From Malacoraja senta (Eukaryota), in NCBI GenBank assembly GCA_038087875.1, contig CM075988.1:11162001-11226000 (forward strand): a DNA stretch of 64,000 nt. The letters run 5' to 3'. The notes beneath the pieces were generated by a model. It was not told where the DNA came from and did not search any database. It worked only from the letters and a program-made list of their open reading frames with translations. Below, in pieces: positions 50,845 through 62,394 of the stretch. The translations under genes were made by a program, and so were the position numbers. The first letter of the stretch is position 1; the number at the start of each line of letters is the position of its first letter.

Positions 50845-51490
50845 TAAGTCCACAGAGCCTTTGTGCTGGTTGCATCAAGGTTCTGTGCACCCCTCAGCAT
50901 GTTTCCTTGACCACGCAGTGTACAATCTTCATCATTTGCTCGTGAACAGCTTTGTCACTGAAAGAGCAATCATTCCAGGAAGAAAAGGAAGCACTGTTTT
51001 TTGCAGCTGCATCTTCCTTCGCAACGGGTTTATGAACAGCCTGAAGCAGCCTCTCCCCAATTTGCACTAAGTAACCAAGTGACATGCACACAGTTTTGAC
51101 AATCAAATTTATCATGCAGATATTCCTGCTGTAACTTATATGTTTCAGCATGCATCCCTGGGACCAGCCCGCAGAACACAGAGTCATATGTTAAACAACT
51201 GATAGAAATCAACCATGACAAAGATCACTGCACACCTTTCTCCACAACGGCATGTTCCAATAGAAGGCATTAGATAGTCTCATCCCATTCATAGTGTAGC
51301 GTTGTGATGTTGCAGAGACTTTGGCTTTGCATTTGAGAGAAAAGGTCCCTTGCAAACACTCATTGCTGCTCAAAGCCAACGTCTTACCAACAGTGTTATG
51401 CAGTTTCAAGTGACAGACAATGTTTAGGGGACCATTGATTAAATGGAACAACGTGGTATGCCGTCTGACCACAATGTGGTGATAATTTAC
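50845..51490 (-). mobile_element. Decayed Tx1/L1-group LINE ORF2 C-terminus interrupted by the 112-bp segment
   Basis: Minus strand reads DSVFCGLVPGMHAET before the insert and LLFQ...MLRGAQNLDATSTKALW after it. Confidence 0.6.
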
Positions 51491-51594
51491 CATGTTAGAT
51501 TCTGAGGCACCTAAGTATCTTTTAGCAAAGAGGTGGAAAACTTAGTTCATAGGTTTAAATTTGGTACCAAAAATGCAATTTGATTGAATGTTTT

Positions 51595-52020
51595 GAATTG
51601 AATTGAATTAGTTTTCTTTAGTTTAGAGATATATTGCGGAAACAGGTCCTTTGGCCAACCGAGTCCGTGCCGACCAGTGATCCCCACGCACTAACACTAT
51701 CCTACACACACTAGAGACAATTTACAATTTTACCAAGCCAATTAGCCTACAAACCTCTACGTCTTTGGAATGTGGGAGGAAACCGGAGCTCCCGGTGAAA
51801 ACACATGCAGGTCACAGGGAGAATGTAAAACTCCTTATAGACAGGACCTGTAGTCAGGATCGAACCCGGATCTCTGGCGCTGTAAGGCAGCAACTCTACT
51901 GCTTCACCACCTTGCCGCCCCGAATTGATTTGAATTAAATTGAAAGATACAGCATGGAAACAGGCCCTTCGACCCACCTGGTCCATGCTGTCCATCGGTC
52001 ACCCATTCTCACCAGTTCGA
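51595..52020 (-). mobile_element. HE1-type SINE followed by a second SINE tail fragment
   Basis: Full copy at about 51595-51921 and a second tail at about 51925-52020. Confidence 0.85.
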
Positions 52021-53009
52021 TGTAATCCCTAACATTGAGTTTCTGTGGGACTCAGGGCTACTGGCTTTATAAGGTAAACAATTGGATCTTACAGCATTGT
52101 TCGTGACCAGGACGTTTAAATGGGCTTTCCCACCCAAAGCCCCAAAGCTAATGACTGTCTCTATCCTTCCCCCAACCACCTCTCCCCGTCCATTGATTTC
52201 CATGTTCCGAACTCTATTGCCACCATTGGTTTCCCCAATTGCCAGCTTGCCACCCAAAACAGTTTGCTAGCAAAGGAGAAACAAAGAATAATGATGATAT
52301 GATGGCACCATTAGATTTGGCCGGACCTCCATTATCCTTCAATGAAAGGTCCAATCTGAGTTCCCATCACAGTTGGAGTCATTCATGAAAAAATTTCACT
52401 TCTGCCGGAATAAAAATTAATTATTCCATTAAAGTATTTGAGCAGAGAATGTGCACAAATCAATGCTGGGAAGGGAAGCATATTTAAGTGTGTAGTTTTC
52501 AGTTATTTTGTGTGGATATTCAGCTGATTTATGTTAAGGCTGGAACACGTTTTAAAATTGCTGCTCTTTCTACATATGCAGGTTGTGTCTGCCGTATATA
52601 ATTCTATTGAATGATCTGTCATGTTGGAAAAATCAATACATTATTCTTTTAGCATGATTTGGAGACCTAATTGTTCATCAGTAAATAACTATTACCCTTA
52701 ATGAAGGGGAAAAACAAAACAGATTGCTGGGGAAAATCAGCAGGCCAGGCAGCTTCTGTGGAGGAAAATGGAACAGTATTTTGTGTTAGGACCCTCCTTC
52801 ACACTGATGGGGAGCAGAGCAGAACTTCTTCAAAGTGGGTATAGTTTGTTGAGATTTTGCAGTGGAGCGGTAAAATAGAGACACAAGAGGCTTCACATGT
52901 TGGGATCTTGACCAAAGATTGCTCACAGTTTCAGCATCTGCAGACTCTTGTGTCTTCTCCCTAACTGAGGGCACCAACATAAATTATTTTTGGTCAATTT
53001 ATCCTATTG

Positions 53010-53290
53010 TTACCTGGACCAGCCACATACATTTCTCTGCTCACGTGAAGAGGTTGGAGGCTGAGTATACTTCAATAAGTGACTCAATCTGACACCCTTA
53101 AGCCATTCCCACAATTTACAAGGCATATCCCCAGAATGTGACAGAATGCATTGCATTGGTCTGGTTGTGACAGAACCACCAAATTAAGAAGATCAACTAA
53201 CTACTCCTTAGCACGCCATTTATCAGCATTCAACACACCACTGATTAGTGGTAAAGAAGGCATCTGCTGTGTTGATTGATTCATTGGTTG
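53010..53290 (+). mobile_element. Ancient LINE C-terminal fragment
   Basis: WTSHI and TIYKA remnants. Confidence 0.45.
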
Positions 53291-53402
53291 AAGCCTTGAG
53301 TACAGTAAACCATTGTTTTATGGAACTCTTCATAAGGATTTTGGTTATAGCGGACAGACCTACTGACCTGCACTGTCAGGCTGGGCTGCCAATGCCACAA
53401 TC

Positions 53403-53530
53403 ATTCTGAAGAAGGGTCCCGACCCAAAACTTACCCATGTTCTCCAGAGTTGCTGCCTGACCCGTTGAATTACTCCAGCACTTTGTGTCCTTTTGTGTAT
53501 TAACCAGCAACTGTAGTTGTTTGTTTCTAC
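53403..53530 (+). mobile_element. Penelope-derived short unit
   Basis: tctgaagaagggtcccgacccaaaac... standard unit. Confidence 0.75.
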
Positions 53531-53659
53531 TATTTATATGGTGATAATCCCTAACTTGGTTATTGCAGACAATCGGCAACAACCATTCCATTTAAGCTTC
53601 TCTGACAGAACATCCCAACTATTTCATCTCGACCAGTGAGAAATACAAAAATAAAGTAA

Positions 53660-53950
53660 GGGTGGCACGGTGGCGCAGCGATAAAGCTGCTGCCTTATAG
53701 CGCCAGAGACCTGAGTTCGATCCTGACTACAGGTCCTTATCTGTATGGAGTTTCAATCCCCAGTTTCCTCCCACACTCCAAAGACGTACAGATTTGTAGG
53801 TTAATTGTCTTTGTATAATTGTAGATTGTCCCCAGTGTGTGTGGGATAATGTAGGGGTGTTTGGGGTGATCGCTGGTCTGTGCAGACTCGATGGGCCAAA
53901 GGGCCTGTTCCCGCACCATATCTCTAAAGTAAACTAAACTAAAACTAAAC
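53660..53950 (+). mobile_element. HE1-type tRNA-derived SINE with Pol III A and B boxes
   Basis: A box tggcgcagcgat at 53671-53682, B box gagttcgatcc at 53713-53723, LINE-type tail and (aaact)n. Confidence 0.9.
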
Positions 53951-54129
53951 ACATCAGAGTTCTCTCCCAAGTAATGGACCATTCTGCCTTGACTATCTTT
54001 CACAGATCTTTCATTGCCACACGGAATAAAATCTTATAACTCTGTCATAGAGCATGTGTAGGGTAGGGCATGGTGAGTATTTCTTTCCTTTACAACTCCA
54101 CCAACATGTACGAATAGAAACAAGTCCCA

Positions 54130-56222
54130 CGTTCTAAAAGGGTTGACGGTGGATATGCAATGGAAGGCATTTAAAGACTGCATGGATGAACTACAAAAAT
54201 TGTTCATCCCAGTTTGGCAAAAGAATAAATCAGGGAAGGTAGTGCATCCGTGGATAACAAGGGAAATCAGGGATAGTATCAAAGCAAAAGATGATGCGTA
54301 CAAATTAGCCAGAAAAAGCAGCATACCAGAGGACTGGGAGAAATTCAGAGACCAGCAGACGAGGACAAAGAGCTTAATTAGGAAAGGGAAAATAGATTAT
54401 GAAAGGAAACTGGCAGGGAACATAAAAACTGACTGCAAACGTTTTTACAGATATGTGAAGAGAAAGAGATTAGTTAAAACAAATGTAGGTCCCTTGCAGT
54501 CAGAAACAGGTGAATTGATCATGGGGAACAAGGATATGGCAGACCAATTGAATAACTACTTTGGTGCCGTCTTCACTAAGGAAGACATAAATAATCTGCC
54601 GGAAATAGCAGGGGGCCGCGGGTCAAAGGAGATGGAGGAACTGAGTGAAATCCAGGTTAGTCGGGAAGTGGTGTTGGGTAAATTGAATGGATTAAAGGCC
54701 GATAAATCACCAGGGCCAGATAGGCTGCATCCCAGAGTACTTAAGGAAGTAGCTCCAGAAATAGTGGATGCATTAGTGATAATTTTTCAAAACTCTTTAG
54801 ATTCTGGAGTAGTTCCTGAGGATTGGAGGGTAGCAAACGTAACCCCACTTTTTAAGAAGGGAGGGAGAGAGAAAATGGGGAATTACAGACCAGTTGGTCT
54901 AACATCGGTAGTGGGGAAACTGCTAGAGTCAGTTATTAAAGATGGGATAGCAGCACATTTGGAAAGTGGTGAAATCATTGGACAAAGTCAGCATGGATTT
55001 ACGAAAGGTAAATCGTGTCTGACGAATCTTATAGAATTTTTCGAGGATGTAACTAGTAGAGTGGATAGGGGAGAACCAGTGGATGTGTTGTATCTGGACT
55101 TTCAGAAGGCTTTCGACAAGGTACCACATAAGAGATTAGGATACAAACTTAAATCACACGGTATTGGGGGTTCAGTATTGATGTGGATAGAGAACTGGCT
55201 GGCAAACAGGAAGCAAAGAGTAGGAGTAAACGGGTCCTTTTCACAATGGCAGGCAGTGACTAGTGGGGTACCGCAAGGCTCAGTGCTTTATTTACAATTT
55301 ATATTAATGATCTGGACGAGTGAATTGAAAGCAACATCTCCAAGTTTGCGAATGACACTAAGCTGGGGGGCAGTGTTAGCTGTGAGGAGGATGCTAGGAG
55401 ACTGCAAGGTGACTTGGATAGGCTGGGTGAGTGGGCAAATGTGGACTAGGAAAAGGGGGTGGGTGAGTGGACTAGGAAAAGGGGAGATGCAGCGAGACCT
55501 GGGTGTCATGGTACACCAGTCATTGAAAGTAGGCATGCAGGTGCAGCAGGCAGTGAAGAAAGCGAATGGTATGTTGGCCTTCATAGCAAGAAGATTTGAG
55601 TATAGGAGCAGGGAGGTTCTACTGCATTTGTACAGGGTCTTGGTGAGACCACACCTGGAGTATTGCGTACAGTTTTGGTCTCCAAATCTGAGGAAGGACA
55701 TTATAGCCATAGAGGGAGTGCAGAGAAGGTTCACCAGACTGATTCCTGGGATGTCAGGACTTTCATATGAAGAAAGACTGGATAGACTTGGCTTATACTC
55801 GCTAGAATTTAGGAGATTGAGAGGGGATCTTATAGAAACGTACAAAATTCTTATGGGGTTGGACAGGCTAGATGCAGGAAGATTGTTCCCGATGTTGGGG
55901 AAGTCCAGGACAAGGGGTCACAGCTTAAGGATAAGGGGGAAATCCTTTAAGACCGAGATGAGGAAACACTTTTTCACACAGAGAGTGGTGAATCTCTGGA
56001 ACTCTCTGCCACAGAGGGCAGTTGAGGCCAGTTCATTGGCTATATTTAAGAGGGAGTTAGATGTGGCCCTTGTGGCTAAAGGGATCAGGGGGTATGGAGA
56101 GAAGGCAGGTACGGGATACTGAGTTGGATGATCAGCCATGATCATATTGAATGGCGGTGCAGGCTCGAAGGGCCGAATGGCCTACTCCTGCACCTATTTT
56201 ATATGTATCTATGTATCTATGT
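54130..56222 (+). mobile_element. Young 5'-truncated CR1 LINE (about 2.1 kb)
   Basis: Tether and RT region, 3' UTR and (tatctatg)n tail; same subfamily as 2786-3431 and 41872-42867. Confidence 0.96.
54143..56122 (+). pseudogene. CR1 ORF2 RT region; 659-codon open frame, but the catalytic motif is out of frame and mutated
   Basis: KSPGPD, NYRPV, QHGF, YLDFQKAFDKV and GVPQGSVL are in frame; YINDL...KFANDTK lies in another frame between about 55288 and 55470. Confidence 0.9.
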
Positions 56223-56567
56223 TTTTAATGTTAATGCCTTATTTCAGCTTTTATTTTCAATGAAAAAAAAAAATCTTGAAACTATTGTGCAGTCAGAAAA
56301 CTGCTGAATTAGATGTAAAGAAAAAGTTAAACTTCCTCATTGTAAACTATTATTTTGAGCATCCTTGATTCCAGCTGAAATATCATCTTGGTCTTTAGAG
56401 AAAATAAAACTTCAGCAAAGCAAATTTATTATGAGAATAAATGCAATGAAAGCAACAAAACAGAACAAGCATTTGCAAATTTGAATCGTTAAAATTGTGA
56501 TCAGTCAAAAGATATGCTGCTGTTGCAGTCGACAAAACTGTGTACACCAGGATGATAAGATCCAAAA

Positions 56568-56905
56568 TGATAGGAACAGAATTAGGCCATTCGGCACATC
56601 AGGTCATTCAATCATGACTGATCTATCTCTCCCTCCTAACCCCATTCTCCTGCCTTCTCCCCATAACCTCTGACACCCGTACTAATCATTAATCTATGTA
56701 TCTCTGCCCATAAATACATCCACTGACTTTGTCTCCACAGCCTTCTGTAGCAATGAATTCCACAGATTCACCACCCTCTGACTAAAGAAATTCCTCCTCA
56801 TCTCCTTCCTAAAAGAATGCCCTTTAATTCTGATGCTAAGTCCTCTAGTCCTAGATTCTCCCACTCGTGGAAACATCCTCTCCACATCCACTCGATCCTA
56901 GCCTG
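56568..56905 (-). mobile_element. CR1 LINE 3' fragment (third subfamily)
   Basis: ORF 56694-56891 contains FFSQRVVNLWNSL. Confidence 0.9.
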
Positions 56906-57079
56906 TTGATGTTGATTTGATTTTAAAGCCTCACATCATACTGTTGATCAGTTTGTATGCCTGTGTCATAGACTAAAAGACGAACCTGGGATGAATGAAC
57001 TCAGGAAAATTACAATTGGGAGAAGCGATATGGAAAAAAATTCTGGGAGCTACAGACTGGTACGACTCTGTGTCCTGAA

Positions 57080-58975
57080 AGCTTCATTCTGGGGTGATAA
57101 ACAGCGAGGCAAGGGTGAGCACTGGTTTTAATTGTGCAAGATTGTCCAGATTCTGAGATGGTCTATTAATTTGAAATATAGCAAACGTAACTCCTTTATT
57201 TAAATACAGAGAGGACAGTGAGCAAGAAACCATAGATCACACACATTAACGTCTGTTATAGGGAAAGTAGTTAAAGCTTTCATTAAAGATGACATAACAG
57301 GCACTCATAAAAAAAATCAAAGTAAATAAGGGAACCAAATTGGCTTGATGAAAGGAAAATCATGTTTCACCAATTTATTGCAGCTTTTTAAAGCAGACAT
57401 TCACTGGATAAAGGGAAACTAATGAACATCGTATTACAGAAGGCATTTAATAAAGTGCTGAATCAAAGGTTATTACAGAAAATAATGCTCATGATGTACA
57501 CCCTTGCGTAAATTAATTGAATCAACCATGCACTCGGATAAAACGAGGTATATATATACTGTACATGTCGCAGGGCTACCTTTTATTCATTATCATCGCA
57601 CCATTATGCCTTTAGTACATTATGTGTATTAGTATAGATAGAAGCCAGCAGGAAATAGCGGAGACTTGCATGAGTCTTACTCCAGTTGACAAGATGCATA
57701 GAATGTTGTAACACAGGGATCACGGCTGGACATTAAACCTATAGTAATTTATACAAATGGCATGGAGGAAGGTGGTTCAGTAGCCAAATTTGCTGAGAAC
57801 AATGCAATTGGCAGGAAAGTAAATTGGCAAGAGGACACGTCGGCCACAGAGGGATATGGACAGTTTAAGCGAGTGGGCAAAGATCTGGCAAATAGGGTAC
57901 AATGTGGGTAGATGTGAATTTCACCATTTTGGCAGGAATAATGAGAAATAAGCAGATTATCTGAGTAGTGAGAGATTGCAGAAGGTCCTGGGTATTCTCA
58001 TGCATGATCTGTAAAAGGATTGGCAGCAATGACAGCAATCTAATTAGGAAAGCCAACAGATCACTATTGTTGATTGTACGGGGAATGGAATGCAAAGATA
58101 GAGAACTAACTTTATATGGGACATTCGCAAAAACATATCTGGAATACAATGAACATAATAGGTCTTGAAGAAAGGATGCAAAAAGGTGTTACGGTATCGA
58201 TGCATTATGGATCGCCGCGTAGAAGCCTGGGTTGGGGACCAGCCGAGACCTCGCAGGTCGGATGGAGGAGCGGGGCCTTGCGGGTCAGAGCCCAGGTCAG
58301 CGGAGCGGAGGACGGCGCCCGTGGCTGGGGCCGGGTCGGCACCACGGAGGTGTGAATTGGGGTGTCGACAGCAGTGAGGCCTCGATGCCGGTGAAGCGTC
58401 GGCAGCAGTGAAGCCTCGAGACAATCGGTGGCGGTAAAGCCTCGCGGCAGCGGCGATACATTACGGGTCGACCCATGGTCGATGATAGCTTGGAGGGGCC
58501 GCCGTGGGGGAGGTGGGCTTAGAACAAAGGACAATGTGGACCCGGCGTGGGAGAACTACTGGGGGGGGGGGAGCAAAAGTGGGAGCCGGTGTGCTTTGTA
58601 GTTTTGTCAGTGCCGTAGGTGGCTGCTTTTTGTATACATTGGGTATGCAGCAAATAATCTCACTGTGCCTAGTCACATGACAATAAAGTATTCCATTCCA
58701 AATATGTTGGAAGTGGTTCAGCACTGGTTATTATATGAAGATAGATTGGACAGCTTAGTGTTCCATCTGCTGGAGTTTCAAAGAGAGATGAATTAATTGG
58801 AATTTAAGATCCAGAGGGCTCTCAATAGGAAAGATGTAGAATGGATTTTTCTTCTGATGGGAGAATCTAGAAATGGAAATCATTGATTCAAAATAAATGG
58901 TCACTCATTGAAAACAGAGATGCCATGCTCTTTTGTCCTTTAAGGGGGTCATGAACCATCAAAATAATTTTCCTC
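57080..58975 (+). mobile_element. Old CR1 RT region with nested inserts at about 57500-57620 and 58190-58700
   Basis: Colinear remnants KGKSCFTNLL, QKAFNKV, AKFAE, LSEWAKIWQ and IRKAN. Confidence 0.75.
58190..58700 (+). mobile_element. GC/CpG-rich non-autonomous retroelement with Rex1-type tail
   Basis: Ends in ctcactgtgcctagtcacatgacaataaagtattccattcca. Confidence 0.7.
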
Positions 58976-58982
58976 AAAACAC

Positions 58983-59077
58983 GGTAGACACAAAATGCTG
59001 AAGAAATTCAGCGGGTGAGGCAGCATCTATGGAGAGAAGGAATTGGCGACGTTACGGGTCGAGACCCTTCTTCAGAC
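58983..59077 (-). mobile_element. Penelope-derived short unit
   Basis: gggtcgagacccttcttcagac boundary. Confidence 0.75.
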
Positions 59078-59371
59078 AAAGCACATTGGAAGCCGAATGC
59101 ATAAATGTTTCAGGTAGACTTGGATAGATCCTTGTAAGGAAAGAATGAAAGATAACTGGAGATTGGCAGGACAACAAAACTGAGGTAATAATCAGATCGG
59201 TCACGACCTTATTAATCGTCGATGTGCTGCGTGGAGTCATGTCGCCTACTCTTAATTTGTATGCCTGCATGACTCCTTTTAACTAAGTAAACTATGACGT
59301 GTCCTAAATTTATGATTTTATGCTTCTTTTCCTGACAAATACCAGACTTCTGGCTACCCATTTGTTTCAAA

Positions 59372-59530
59372 AAAGATAGATGCATAAAGCTGGAGTAACT
59401 CAGCAGGACAGGCAACATCTCTGGAGAGAAGGAATGGGTGCAGAGATGCTGCTTGTCCCATTGAGTTACTCTAGCTTTTTGTGTCTATCTTTGGTTTTGG
59501 TTTAAACCAGCATCTGCAGTTCCTTCTTTC
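59372..59530. mobile_element. Penelope-derived foldback unit lacking the hammerhead core
   Basis: aagatagatgcataaagctggagtaactca is inverted relative to tgagttactctagctttttgtgtctatctt. Confidence 0.75.
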
Positions 59531-59807
59531 CCATTTGTTTCAATTATTTTAACAAAACACATGAAAGGCGTTCAAGCTATTTTCACACATAGCTTATTGC
59601 TCCTAGAAGCACCATTGTACAGGACATTATCCATGGTTCAAAATTGTATTTGAGCAATAATATTGCAAAGGACATCCAAAAAGGTGGCCATCTCAACTTT
59701 ACACTATTAATTAAATAAAAAATTGTTTTAAATGTTCATGTGCGTTTCTGAAAGCAAATGCAATGTTAAATCACAATAGTATTCATATTATACTTGGAAA
59801 TATGTTA

Positions 59808-60000
59808 CCTGGAATCGGATTTTGTCGGACTTTAGTGGACGTTATTGGAATTAGACTGAACTTTCTTGCACTAAACATATCCTTTATCTACACATTGTGC
59901 ACAGCTTGATTGTAATTATGTTTAGTATTTTCTTTGACTGGATAGCAAGCACCAAAAAAGCTTTTCATTGTAGCTTGGTACACGTGACAAAAGTAAACGA
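59808..60000 (+). mobile_element. Rex1-type 3' UTR
   Basis: Reverse-complement similarity to 8245-8410; ends in acacgtgacaaaa. Confidence 0.65.
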
Positions 60001-61477
60001 TACGACATGTGCTTCAGTTTGATACACAATTTGATACATGAGTACACAAGGAGTGGATGCTGCTACTGATCAGGTGATGATGGTGGGAAAGTGGGATGAG
60101 GATGATGGTAGAATAAATACAGAGAAAGATAGAGGAATGCTGTACATTTTAAAGGCGTTGATACTTACAAGGAAGATAGAAGCAAAATCTATTACGAAAA
60201 TTTCATAGCAATTTTCATACGAATATGTTTATAAATGTTTGAAAAGGAAAACTGCTGGGTTATGATGGCAGGGGGTGGATGAAAGAAGCAGACTGGATTA
60301 ATTAGAGGACACCTTCAGCGCTATTAAAGTAAGAATGTGCTGAACGAACACCTGTGCTCTGGCTATGACTGCATTGAATATAATAAGTATAGGGACAAGT
60401 AATAGTATAAGTACAAGTAATAGTAATAATATCAGGACTCAGCGGACTGGAAGACCTAGTTCCAGACAGCATCTCTAAACTAAACTAATATGGTTTGGAG
60501 TTATGGACGTCTGTAGCTTCCCACATCACCCATCCGAAATAGAGAACATGAATCAGGCTCAGTTGATCAAAGGGCCTGTTGCCACACAATATCTCTAAAC
60601 TAAACAAAATGGATTAAACTAAATATGGTTTGGAATTATGGAAGTCTGTGACTTCCCACATCTGAAATAGACATGGATTATTGACACGACTGGGGGAAAA
60701 AATTACCACAACTTAGTTGCACATTATGTTCTGATGGTACTAATGAAGTTCAATGCAAAGTTCATATAACAAGTGATGGTGTACCACAATCAACCAATTG
60801 TGCCTGCTATTGTTGTTGGACAATATTCTGAGGACAATTAAGCAACGTAGATGGCTTTCCCTTCATCTATATTCCAGCGAAATGAACTATTTAATCAACA
60901 TGACAAATTTGTTCAACTCATGCAGAAGAACTGTATCATCTCTACAAAATATTTTTCCAATTGAAGAACATTTTATTTGTAGATTGGGAGTTTCAGCTGC
61001 GATGTCCCACATCCGTGTTGGTTGACAAGACAGATATTGGATCTATATTGGACAAGAAATGCTGTTTGAGAAAAGGTGAAGTTCAGGGAGACACAAAACA
61101 TGTTGTCCTTCCACAGGGCAGTGCAACGGTGCCAAGGATTGTAACACAAGGACGTAATTGATAATTTTACTACCGTGAGCAGTTTTGTTATTACATAACT
61201 TACCCTGCCAATAACTTCCCTTGGAAAGGGTGCTGGAACTAGGGGTTGCTGTTTCAAATGAAGAATTAACTATTTAGGCTTCAGATAAGAAGATATTTCT
61301 TTGCATCTTTTATACATCAGATAATGTCCATGCCATGCATACATATTAGCAAACCAATAGTACAACCAGCATAACCTAAGTATTAAGGAAAATGCAGTTG
61401 GCTTTTAGATTTGATTAAACTTGAGCATTCTGATCACAAAAACACATTGCAAGATGCAATAGGAATTTTGGACCAGC

Positions 61478-61505
61478 ATATATATATATATATATATATA
61501 TATAT
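61478..61505. repeat. (TA)n microsatellite
   Basis: Directly visible. Confidence 0.97.
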
Positions 61506-61654
61506 CGTAAATGCAATATAAAACAACTCAACCATTTTTTTAATGCCAGCAATTTTTCATTGATAACAGAGAATTGAAAATGCATTTTCGATGTTATTGT
61601 TTTACTCATTCCATTTTTATTGTCAATATTTTGCCTCATGGTTTAGATGTGGTA

Positions 61655-62002
61655 GTTTGGTTATGTTTAGAGATACAGCATGGATACAGCATAGAGAACA
61701 GGCCCTTCGTCCGACCAAGTCAACACCGACCATTGATCATCCGTTCACACTAGTTCTATTATCCCACTTTCCTGCCTACATACACTACTGGAGCCAATTT
61801 ACAGAGGGTTACAATTAACCTACAAACCCGCACATCTTTGGGATGTGCGAGGAATCCGGAACACCCGGAGAAAACCCACGTGGTCACAGGGAGAACGTGC
61901 AAACTTAACACAGACAGACAGCACCTGAGGTCAGGATCGAACCCGGGTCTCTGGAGTTGTGAGGCTGCAGTGGCTCTACAAGCTGTGCCACTGTGCCGCC
62001 CC
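61655..62002 (-). mobile_element. HE1-type SINE
   Basis: Full-length match. Confidence 0.87.
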
Positions 62003-62394
62003 TATAAAAAATATCCATGAATGGAATTACTGAACCGATAGTTACTGAAAGGCTGCAGCCTACTTCAATACTATTGCTTCTCAAGTGTGTTGGGGTACTC
62101 TTGATCTTTAACAAAATATAATAACTTCCCCTTCAGGGCAAATAAAATAATGATGTAATGGCAAAAGCATGTCCCAGTTGCCACAACAGCAGAAATATAA
62201 GAGCAGGAACTGCTTGAGCAGGTCTAGTGAGGTAATCTTGTACGCGCTGACACTCTCATTTAACGTCATCAGCGGATGGTTATTTATTCTATGAAATCAT
62301 ATTTCGAGGCCTGCTACCGTGAATAGGATTGCTCACTTAAATCTGTTGGCTTTGCACTCTTGGTTTCTGGCTAGCTTGTCTCATACCAAAGCAC

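Noticed and set aside
53660..53735. tRNA gene
   Set aside because: The A and B boxes belong to a SINE head that continues into the SINE core and tail; about ten copies occur in the window.
54143..56122. Functional 659-aa reverse transcriptase or domesticated gene
   Set aside because: It is 5'-truncated, and the catalytic motif is out of frame and mutated to FAND.
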